Shown here: positions 52,490 to 63,717 of the stretch, piece by piece
Layout: the number at the start of each line of letters is the position of its first letter
How positions within the stretch are numbered: position 1 is the stretch's first letter
Origin: Octopus sinensis
Taxonomy: Eukaryota
Assembly (NCBI RefSeq): GCF_006345805.1
Contig: NC_042998.1
Coordinates: 192,634,001 to 192,698,000 of the forward strand
Length of the DNA stretch: 64,000 nt
Direction of reading: 5' to 3'
Translations under genes and position numbers: made by a program
The notes under the pieces: model-generated
What the model was told of the DNA's origin: nothing
The model's input: the letters and a program-made list of their open reading frames with translations, nothing else
The model's database searches: none

Positions 52490-53001
52490 TATTTCTTTAT
52501 TGCCCACAAGGAGGCTAAACATAGAGGGGGACAAACAAGGACAGATAAACGGATTAAGTTGATTATATCGACCCCAGTGTGTAACTGGTACTTAATTTAC
52601 CGACCTCAAAAGGATGAAAGGCAAAGTTGACCTCGGTGGAATTTGAACTCACAACGTAACGGCAGACGAGATACCTATTTCTTTATTACCCACGAGAGGC
52701 TAAACATAGAGGGGGACAAACAAGGACAGACAAAGGGATTAAGTCGATTACATCGACCCCAGTGCATAACTGGTACTTAATTTATCGACCCTGAAAGGAT
52801 GAAAGGCAAAGTCGACCTCGGTGGAATTTGAACTCAGAACATAGCGGCAGACAAAATACCTATTTCTTTACTACCCATAAGGGGCTAAACACAAAGAGGA
52901 CAAACAAGGACAGGCAAAGGGATTAAGTCGATTATATCAACCCCAGTGCGTAACTGGTACTTAATTTATCGACCCCGAAAGGATGAAAGGCAAAGTCGAC
53001 T
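52490..53001 (-). mobile_element. SINE family B, 3 units, head missing
   Basis: Tandem units; fused at gtcgac to a family C fragment (53002-53135). Confidence 0.85.
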
Positions 53002-53489
53002 GTTAGCCGCTCTGGCAATGATCACTCTCAGATGGTGCTCTTGGCACCCTACTAGCATGAGCACAAGTGCCTAGACAAACATATGCATGTCCAAACCATG
53101 CCAACATGAATAATGGATGTTAAATGATGATGATGATTATAGCATATACATATATGTGTGTGTGTTGTCTATTTTTTTCATTTTTGATATCTTCCCATAA
53201 AAAGGGCTACTTTCAAAGAAGCAAACATCCATCATTTGGAATTTGGATAACTGCAACTGTAAAGACATTGCATATTTTCTGTTTGCTGCGGAACCACGAG
53301 TCACGTAGTCTCCTTTTTTTGCCCCCTAACCCTCATCTTTTCCAATATTATTACTTAACAAACATATAACCAACAATGGTTAGTGCCAATGTATAATCAA
53401 GATAGAGAAGTTGTATATTATTTTTGGGAGCGGTTGCCCATAAATGTTTTATTTCTCACAAATTTTGGGTGTAATGTTCTCATCTATGG

Positions 53490-54021
53490 GGCAGTTGTCC
53501 TCCTCCTCTTCCTCCTCATCATCTTTATCATTATCATTACCATCGTCGTCATCATCATCATTACCATCGTCGTTATCATCATCATTACCATCGTCGTCAT
53601 CATCATCATCATTACCATCATCATCATCATCATTACCATCATCATCATCATCATTACCATCATCATCATCATCGTCATCATCACCATCGTCGTCATCATC
53701 ATCACCATCGTCGTCATCATCATTACCATCATCGTCATCATCATTACCATCATCATCATCATCATTGTCATCATCGTCATCATCATCATCATTACTATCA
53801 TCGTCATCATCATCATCATTACCATCATCGTCATCATCATCATCACCATCGTCGTCATCATCATTACCATTGTCATCAATATCATCATTACCATCATCGT
53901 CATCATCATCATCATCACCATCGTCGTCATCATCATCACCATCCTCGTCATCATCATCACCATCGTCGTCATCATCATCATTACCATCATCATCATCATC
54001 ATCATTACCATCATCGTCATC

Positions 54022-54074
<53 letters not shown>

Positions 54075-54106
54075 TACCATCATCGTCATCATCATTACCA
54101 TCATAG

Positions 54107-54143
<37 letters not shown>

Positions 54144-54750
54144 TACCATCATCATCATCATCATTACCATCATCATCATCATCATTACCATCATAGTCAT
54201 CATCATCATTACCATCGTCATCATCATCATCATTACCATCATCATCATCATCATTACCATCATAGTCATCATCATCATTACCATCGTCGTCATCATCATC
54301 ATTACCATCGTCGTCATCATCATCATTACCATCATCATTACCATCATCATCATCATCATTACCATCATCATCATCATCATTACCATCATCGTCATCATCA
54401 TCATCATCACCATCGTCGTCATCATCATCATCACCATCGTCGTCATCATCATTACCATCATCGTCATCATCATCACTACCATCGTCGTCATCATCATCAT
54501 TACCATCATTATCATCAACATTACCATCATCGTCATCATCATCATCATCACCATCGTCGTCATCATCATCACCATCGTCGTCATCATCATCACCATCATC
54601 GTCATCATCATTACCATCATCGTCATCATCATCATTACCATCGTCATTACCATCGTCGTTATCATCATCATCATCACCATCGTCATCATCATCATTACCA
54701 TCGTCATCATCATCATAATCGTCATCATCATCATCCTCATCATCATCATT
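53490..54750. repeat. About 1.26-kb (CAT)n-based compound trinucleotide satellite
   Basis: CAT with CGT/TAC/CAC variants; produces the poly-I, poly-S, poly-D and poly-M ORFs. Confidence 0.95.
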
Positions 54751-55306
54751 TAATGTCTGCTTTCCATGCTGGCAATACATAGTATTTGTCTCCTGTCTCA
54801 AACTAATATACTAAAGCTGGTCTATTTGGAGTTGGTACTAGCTTCGATAGTTATGTCCAACCAATATTTATATATTGGAATATATGAATACACTCATCAG
54901 AACTGAATATATCAAATTTATATATCAGAATCAGAAATATTTTTATATATTTATCTAACAGATGACATTATATATTGATTTAACATAGGAAGGAGATAAT
55001 AGTTTGGTGACATCTTTAGGCAGGTGCTCTTCAGACAAATAATGTCTTCACAGACACTTGACAACAAAATTTTCAGTGATATAATAGGAGTTTAAAGACT
55101 TCATCATCTCTGACTCAATAATAGTTTAGTAGCCAATATTCGTTGATAGATTGCAAAAGTATATCCATCAAAATGTGATGTGAGATAATTGTTATAGGAT
55201 TAAGTGAGATTTCCTGACAACATTATTTTCTGTTATCCTTTTCTAATGTTGAGGAAACATACACAGAAATAACCGTTTCTGGATGCACACACGCACGCAC
55301 ACACAC

Positions 55307-55356
<50 letters not shown>

Positions 55357-56684
55357 ACGGATGTGTATTTATGGGTGTAACTTGACCATATTCATCTGAG
55401 TTCATTTCCACCGCATGGCATCTTGGGCAAGTATCTTTTAGTAGAGTCCAGAGCTGACCAAAGTTTTGTGAGTAGATTTGAGTAGACAGAAATGAAAAGA
55501 AACTTGTAGATGTGTATATGCATGCATGCATATGTGTGTGCGTGTGTGTTTGTTTGTGTGTCTGTGTGTGTATGTGTACTTACGTCTTGACATCACATGA
55601 TGGTTGTAAACAAGCATGACTGTCATGTAAAAGATGTTGTTTGTTCCCTGTCTTCCATAGCAAACATGTCTTGCTATGGGAAATATTACCTGACTTAGAA
55701 ACAGGTGGGATTTAGTGACAGGAAGAACATTCAGCCATAGAAAATCTGTCTCAGAAAGTTCTGTCTGACCCATGCAAGCATGGAAAAGTCAATGATGATA
55801 ATGATGATATATATATGGAGTCTTTCAACACAAATTCATAAATACATCTATATATATATATGAGTGTATTTTTCCCTTGTTAACAATCAACACGGAAAAA
55901 ATAGATAAATAGTTACCAGGGTAGCAAAAAATCACACAAGAGGTTGTAACTCCTTATTTTTAAAGGTAGAAACTTCAGGTTTACGTGGAACTTTTTGTAT
56001 AATATATAAATAAATGAATGGAGTTTAACGCAGGTATAATTCAAATACTTTTACTTCCGACACACGTTTCGAAGATATCATTGATATATATATATATATA
56101 TATATAGACACACGTTGCATTCAAACAGTACCTGACTGTTTTGTTTCATGTTGTTTAGGAGGCTAATTGACAGATTTGCTACAACATAATACAAAATGCT
56201 GTGTTGTATTTGTTACAGTTCTCTGCACTTTGAAGCCAACTTTATTTTTCATCTTTTCAAAATCAATCAATGATTATGAATATCAGATATTTTTGCATTC
56301 TGGGTTCTTGGATGGTAGTCTTAATCTTTCATCAAGTTTAAGATCACCAACTGATCTACGAATGCCTTTGACGGAGTACACTCTATTATAAAGCATTCAA
56401 ACCAGTTCTCCAATTTAAGACTAACGTCATCCTTTCCTCTGACGAGTTTCTATAGCCTTGAAATAAACGGGTCGTAGGTGCTGCTCTTCCTTCTCTGAAT
56501 AAGTAATAAGTAAATATGGCACCCATGTGACAGCAAAAATATTTGATTTATACATATCAAAGGTTGTTGAAACATTGAAAATAATAAAACTCACCCTGTT
56601 AGTAAAATCTTGATGCTTAGAGATTCAGGTAATATAATAACATTTACAGATGATCCATTTATGACTACCGGCAACGTTTCCTAA

Positions 56685-56903
56685 TCCTTTAGCCTTAAAA
56701 CCAGCCATATCCAGTCCAAATATTCCATCAGTTCCATGTTCAAATCAACCTGGTATGGCCTCTTACACCTACCCTACAATGTCTTTCTAAAAATAACTAT
56801 CACACCATCGAAATCTCAAAGCTACGAGGTAACGCATGATTAATTAAAAGCAATGTTCATAGATCAACATTACTTTTGACAGAGTAATCGGAATGTTAAA
56901 GGG
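56685..56903. mobile_element. piggyBac-type MITE, diverged
   Basis: taatcctttag...ttaaagggtt; interior matches the other two copies. Confidence 0.7.
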
Positions 56904-57223
56904 TTCATTTATTTGTGCTTCATTCCTTCTGATTTTTTTCTATTAAAAAAAATATGTATTTGGAATCAAAAGAATGGAATAAGAATGTTAAGAATACTAT
57001 ATACTAGTGATTCCTATTCCTTTCACAGATATGGATAATGATTCCGATTCTTACGTTTATATATTCGTTTTGCAAGATTCTTGATGTGAAATTGTGTGTT
57101 GAAACAGATATTGTTATATTTGGGAATGGTCATGTTGCCAGTTTAGCCAATAAAACACACACACTATATATTTGGTGTTAATTTGCTTCCGCTTTATTTT
57201 ATTTTTTACATTAATCGTATTTC

Positions 57224-57268
57224 GGCCAGAGTTCTTTCGTCACACTTCTATGACCTCATAAGTGGTCC
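57224..57268 (-). ncRNA. Second copy of the hammerhead-like motif (core G5 mutated)
   Basis: Reverse complement: ggacca CTTATGA g gtcata-gaag-tgtgac GAAA gaac TC tggcc. Confidence 0.45.
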
Positions 57269-58117
57269 TTTGCTTTCTCCTTTCTTATTTTCTTATTTGT
57301 GTCTTTCCTTACTAATGATCAGCCATTTTGTATTCCTATTGTATGTGTCTTTATTAGTGCATGCATATACCCCTATGTGTGTCTGTTTAGTAAGTGCGTG
57401 TGTGGGTGGGGGAGTGCCTGTATTATCTGTATCCCCTGTTTATACACATTCGTTTAATTTGTTTTTTATTTATTTTGTTCATGTGTTTATACCTACCTAT
57501 TATTTTATTCTATTCTTTCTTTTTTTGTTTTTAATTTAATTTAATTTTGTTAACGTATATAGTTATTTAATTCCATTTGTTTATCTGTGTATTGTATTAT
57601 ATTTTTGTTCATATTGTTATCAGTTTATGGGGATCTTATTCTGTCATATGTTGTGGTGTGTTGGGGGTGTGTGCTAGTGTTCCATTCCAGTTTCCTATTC
57701 AGGCTAGGTTTATCTTCTATTATGTGTAGCTTCTGTAATTTGTCTAAGCATTGCATCTGTTCTATGTGCGGACAAGATTTTAATTTCTATGTTGTTGAGT
57801 GAGCCCCCGTGTTCCTGCTCGGCGTGCTGGTACAGAACCGATGAACCCTTCTCTTCCTTAAGTTCCCTCCAATGTTCATTTGTCCACTCTCCTATGCTCC
57901 ATGCTGTTTCCCCTATGTATGTTATTGTCTTGCTACTACACCGTCCCTGTGTACATCTTATATTGTTGACTACATTTCTGGCTTTACAATTTGTTTGTGG
58001 GCTTAATCTACATACAGTACAGTTCCTATCAGTACAGGGGGTTCTACTAAAAGGGTAGGTTCTACCGATTAGGGATTTGATAGGGTTGCCTAGCCTTCTT
58101 AGAAAGAAGAAAGCAAA

Positions 58118-58162
58118 GGACCACTGATGAGGTCACAGAAGTGTGACGAAAGAACTATGACT
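58118..58162 (+). ncRNA. Minimal type-I hammerhead-ribozyme-like motif (stem I damaged)
   Basis: ggacca CTGATGA g gtcaca-gaag-tgtgac GAAA gaac TA tgac. Confidence 0.5.
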
Positions 58163-58926
58163 GAAATACGATTAATGTAAAAAATAAAATAAAGCTGAAG
58201 CAAATTAACACCAAATACATAGTGTGTGTGTTTTATTGGCTAAACTGACAACATGACCATCTCCAAATACAACAAGTCCTATTCTTTTTTTACAATTACG
58301 CTTTTTTTTTAAGTTATTTAACATTATTTAACATTGCCAAATTAATTTTCAATGAAGCCAACAAATACATAGAATTATTCACATTAAATCATTTTTGTGT
58401 TTATTTTTTAATTATTATTTTTTAATTATTAATTTCGAATTAGTTCTCGCAAATATAGTTAATTGTTCTTTTTTTTTCTCTCTCTCTTTATTTCATTAAA
58501 TCAGGTTGCTAATTATGCTGCTAAAATTATAGTGGAGTTTAAAAGTTGTGCCATAAAAGCCTCAATATGTAAGTACATTTTCTGATATATATTGATAAAT
58601 GCTGTGATTACTGTTTATTAATGTTTCAGATCATTATTAAAAATATCCAATAATTTGTCTCATTAGTTATTAAAATCTGGAGATATGTTGATTTACGGGA
58701 ATTTTAATATATTTTGAACTATATTGCATATCCTATCTCATGTTTGTCTTGACAGCCTTAAAAAAGAAATTAAACCTACACCTGTAATTCATTCTGTCAA
58801 CAATTAAAAGAAATTCTAGTTTTATATGAAATGTATAGAAAGAGGTCACTTGTGATCTTGTCATATGTTATATATTTACGATATTAAAACAGAGAATAAC
58901 CAGAGAATTGTTCTGTTATCTGGTAT

Positions 58927-58975
<49 letters not shown>

Positions 58976-59026
58976 AAATCAAGTCTGGCTTATCTAAAAG
59001 TTTCATCAGAAAGCACCAGTATCATG

Positions 59027-59326
59027 TTTGTTCCTTCTCGAGCCATTCCTGGCTCATAAGGGCCGGTTTCCCGTTTCCTTGGCGTATAGGTTCCCTACAT
59101 GGACGGGACGCCGGTCCGTCGCAAGTGAGCTGCAAGATGCAGGAGGAAAGAGTGAGAGAAAGTTGTGGCGAAAGAGTCAGCAGAAGTTTGCCATTACCTT
59201 CTGCCGGAACCGCGTGGTGCTTAAGTGTTTTCGCTCACGGACACACACATCGCCCGGTCTGAGATTCGAACCCGCGATCCCTCGATCGCGAGTCCGCTGC
59301 TCTAACCACTAGGCCATGTGCCTCCA
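59027..59326 (-). mobile_element. SINE family E
   Basis: Matches 37793-38098; TSD cacca(g/a)tatcatg. Confidence 0.9.
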
Positions 59327-59798
59327 CACCAATATCATGAACCTTAGTTGCAAGATCAGTGACTGTGTGTCCCTTGTTCTCTATATATTGTGAGCTGAAG
59401 TGAACTACTGCTATCTCTAGCAGACAAGTATCCATCATCGAGGATGATCACAAAGAGGTCAAAACCGTACAGTCTGGAGGTCTCGTGGCTAGAAGATGGT
59501 AGGAGTTCTCTCCCCTGCTTGCAATATATATTGGTTGCAGATTGCATTGAATAACCAGTTGGAGGAGGCGTCCTGCTGAGATTAAAAATAGCAGTAATGT
59601 CGGTTTTTTACAGAAGAACAACCATGTTTATTTGGCAATAAACCAAAGAAGACAGAAGGAATAAAACTGGAGCAAGGCTTGGAGTAAAAGCATTAAGAAT
59701 TTACTGAAAGGAGGCAGAAATAAATCCTGGTAGTTTTAGTTACGCAAAACGCACTCAAACACTTACCGATTACATCTAGATAATCATTTTAGTTAATA

Positions 59799-60182
59799 CT
59801 AGCAGTATCGCCCGGCGTTGCTCAGGTTTGTAAGGGAAATAACTATAAAGCATTTTTAGAGAGTTATAGCCAAAAAATAGCAAAAAAATGGAAAAAAATG
59901 ATGTTAAATTTCTTTTGAGAGTGAAAAAAGGTGGAGTTGCGTCCCCTAGACAGTTTGCGGTTTGTGTTTCTGATTCTCGACCCCATGTCGAATTTATCGA
60001 TTTTTTTCAGAACTGGGGGAACTTTTCAAAATTTTCGCTACGTTAGTTTTGAATTATGACATTGGGCTATGTGTGTGTCAAGTTTCATCAGAATCGGTTG
60101 AAAGCCGTGGTCAGGGTGAGGGTACGAGAAAACAGACACACAGAAACACGCACAGACAAACTGCCGTTTATATAGAGAGAGA
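59799..60182 (-). mobile_element. Non-autonomous Helitron-type element
   Basis: A|TCTCTCTCTATATAAAC...gagcaacgccgggcgatactgCTAG|T. Confidence 0.75.
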
Positions 60183-61418
60183 TTGGGTCAAAATACTTTT
60201 TTCTGACGATGTGTGTTGCAAAAACGAGCGAAAAGTGCACCAAACGTAATCCTTATTTCGTTTTACTTTAAGTAGCAGATCTCTGGTGGTCACGCCTGGT
60301 TTAATGTTTTCATTTTATTTATTTATTTATTTATCTATTTATTTATTGTTCAGTGATGTATAAACATTGTTTACAAGAAGCATGAATTAAACATCAGTGT
60401 GTTTCTTAATTTTTTTGTAACTTTTGCTATTCATTGGAGGGATGTGGTGGTGTTGGTGTTGGTGGTGGGGGCCAGGTTTATGATAACTCTGTGTTTGTTT
60501 TTGTGTAGTAGTTTCCGATTGGTCGAATTGTGCTCCCAAGTGATTAGTTTCAGCATTTATCTCTTATAGAGCCTTTTATTTATTTATTTTTTTGGGGGGG
60601 TCTTTTATAAGTATTTTTTTTTTTTGCTTGTCTGCCCATTTCTTCGTTATTGATATCTTTTCTATCCTTGCATTGGTAACCAACAGGGAGTACATTTCAA
60701 AGGAATTTTCTCGGATGAAGAAGCATCTAATACATATCAATTTAATAAATACTAATGATGATGATGATGATGATTTGTACTATGAGCAAAAGAGAACAAA
60801 TTATCATTGCAGAAGGAGAAGGAGGGGGAAAAAGTAGTTTATCTTCTTTTATTCTTCTTTTGAATGGCGGCTATGCTTGGGTTCCATCTGCCAGGCTTCT
60901 TTCAGTCGATTATTGGCATCTCATCGTTCTCATAAGATACCAAATGCTAAAATCGAACACTGACGTAAAGGGAGATAACTCAGTCAAGCATAAATAACAC
61001 TGCTGGTTATCTCTGTTAGAATGTACCGGTTTTTGTCCTACGCTGAAAACACCCATGCAATATATATTTCGCCCTAAACATGTCACCTAATCATATCAAT
61101 ATATAACTACTTCCATTGTAAATTCCTGCTTTATCCCTATATTAACAACCAAACAAAGATTATTGATATCAAGTCTGGTTTGCCGAAACTGTGGGCAATT
61201 TTTCTTAAACTTACAAATATAAACTTTAGGCTAATCGTTCTTCGAGCTCCGTGAATGATATCTACAATTTAATTATATATAACATGTTTGTTTCAATTTA
61301 CAATGGCACAATGATTGATGGCCACTTCGAATACGAACCCTACGAGTGATCCTTTACATGGTCATGTAATGCAAGAATAACTGCCAAACTTACCCCAAAT
61401 TAATACATTACTGTCTTC

Positions 61419-61451
<33 letters not shown>

Positions 61452-61475
61452 TAATAATAATAATAATAATAATAA

Positions 61476-61684
61476 GGTTACTCAACCAGAAGAAAATTCT
61501 AACTGGGTCCCACCTGCAAGGTCATGTGCTGTTTATCTTTATATTAGATCACCATGTCGTGCACATATGGTTGTGATGCATGTGCCTAGTGTACCCTTAT
61601 CAGACGGGTAGTCATGATGGGTACACTGGGCTTCTTATATTTTACCCCAGTGTCACTTTGATGGCATGCACTGCCCTCTCACTC

Positions 61685-61715
<31 letters not shown>

Positions 61716-62192
61716 TACATTGTTTTGTCTTGGTATAAAAGATGGGCTGCAGCAAACATTCTGCTCAATACCACAGATTTGCTTGTCAGTTGCTTGACCT
61801 TAACCAGTTGACCATGTCCCATATTGGCTGACGATATGTGCATCTTTTGATCACGAGCAGAAGTAGTTGGGGAGCATCATAGCCATGTGTTGAGGGGGAT
61901 TCTTTGGGGTTTGAATAATTCACCTCTGGAAACATGGGTGTTTCGTTCAACATCCTTAAACAACCCTTATTCAGAGACCTTTTGAGCAGGATAGGTTACT
62001 TGACCAGAAGAAAATTCAAACTGGGCCCCACCTGCAAGGTCATGTGCTGTTTATCTTCATACGAGATTACCATGTCGCGCACATATGCATGTGTCTAGTG
62101 TACCCTTATCAGGCGTAGTCATGATGGGTATACTGGGCTTCGTATATTTTACCCCAGTGTCACTTTGAGGGCATGCACTGCTCTCTCACTCA
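61476..62192 (+). mobile_element. Two adjacent family F copies (61476-61684 and 61715-62192) joined by (AAT)n
   Basis: Shared 3' segment ending catgcactgc.ctctcactcaa(taa)n; further 5' part recurs at 63505-63715. Confidence 0.75.
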
Positions 62193-63129
62193 ACAAAAAT
62201 AAAAGACTCATTGGACAATGTAAACCTAGGTATACTATGTCAGGAAAATAGTTGGTGTGGTCACGGCTAGAATGGTTTTATTATAGATCAGTTGAGCAAT
62301 GACAACCATGCTGAACGATCTTTAATGTTAAAACATGTATATTATGTTGTAATTGTATTGTAACCTTAGGTTGTACCGGATTAAGCAGACCTATGATCAA
62401 AGTGTTTTGGTCATTATTACCCTGTCTTCTATTTTTATGTCCCTATGAGGGAGGTGGAGAGGATGAAGAGAAAATAATACATTTTCAAAAGCCTTTATAC
62501 ACAAAAAGATGCCCACCATTATTTCAAAGGCCGTCGTGAAAGAAACATTTGAAAAATCGCTGTCAAAACGGAGCTAATTCAACTTCTGTGAGCGCCCTTA
62601 TCCGAAACTCCGCCCATGTATCTAATATTACATTATCCAACTTAGCATTGAATATCAATTCTTGGGTATAATTTAAGAGGAATTTGGCAATTATTTCTAG
62701 CAGGTCAAAGGATGACAACGTAGAGGCTTCCATACGTCTTATTGATGATGATGTTAATGTAACCTGTGATACAGAGGTAGTTTATCGAACAAAATATTTG
62801 GTTTTCATTATTGTCTTGACCATCCATTCTTATTGTAGTAGTATGTTGCGATGTTCATCTTGAGAATGAAAATATTCGCAATTGAAAGAGATTTCCTGAT
62901 AAACTGAGTGTTGGCTGGCGGTGTAAGTCAATGAGTGTCAATCGTTTTTGTTCAAATGATACTTGTTGATCGTGTGAAATTAAAAAATATTCATAGTTCC
63001 AGATAAAATTTTAAATGTACGATGTAGAAAGTAACATTTCTTCAAGTGACCTCCACCGAGATATGTTTCACCACGCTGTACCAGCTTCGATAGATCCTCA
63101 GTTCCATGTTGTGTGTCTCTGCCAATAAT

Positions 63130-63500
63130 ATGTATGATAATCGACATAACAAGCCCCGATGACAACAGGGTCAATGTGAAAGAAGAAGAAAAATAAACAA
63201 CTATGACGATTTGAAGTGGGAAATACGAAGGTTGTGGTTAATGAAGAGAGTAGACATGGTACCAATAGTAATTGGAGCATTTGGAAGTATCAGCACTCAA
63301 CTACCAACATGGCTAAAAAAGATTGATGCAAGTGAGAAGGTAGAACACCTACAAAATATGTCAGTATTGCTTGGAACTGCAAGAATTCTTCGCAGGGTTC
63401 TTGAAGTATGACAAGTAAACAAGTGTCGCCTTAGTCTGCTGGCTGTGGACAGCTGACACTTTCCTTCATACCCAGCAAAATAAGCTGTGAATTTTCTTAT
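63130..63500 (+). mobile_element. R4/Dong-like non-LTR retrotransposon 3' end (restriction-like endonuclease motif)
   Basis: IIDITSPDDNRVNVKEEEK...YDDLKWEIRRLW..VPIVIGAFG...LLGTARILRRVL*. Confidence 0.8.
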
Positions 63501-63717
63501 GATTAATGCCCTGATGCAGTACCAGGCTCCGACTCTCATGGCTTCTGATCTCAACTGATTGGAAGTGTTATCAAGTACATTGTTTTGTCTTGGTATAAAA
63601 GATGTGCTACAGCAAATATTCTGCTCGATACCACAGATTTGCTTGTCAGTCGTTTGACCTTAACCAGTTGAACATGACTTTTGGTGGCTGACGATATGTA
63701 CATCTCTGATCACGAAC

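Larger units (their letters stand above)
57115..58280 (-). mobile_element. Penelope-like element fragment: GIY-YIG endonuclease remnant (about 57655-58100) between inverted pLTRs
   Basis: Minus strand gives CKARNVVNNIRC..RCSSKTITYIGETAWSIGE..NEH...SVLYQHAEQEHGG...IKILSAH..DAMLRQITEA...PSLNRKLEW; ~165-bp inverted repeats at 57115-57280 and 58110-58275. Confidence 0.8.

Noticed and set aside
53383-54801. Poly-Ile, poly-Ser, poly-Asp and poly-Met ORFs of 220-456 aa
   Set aside because: Translations of a (CAT)n satellite; not accepted as genes
56040-56120. cgaaacgtgtgtcggaag on the minus strand, like a hammerhead 3' half
   Set aside because: Core and stem I partner not recognisable; a TA microsatellite lies immediately upstream
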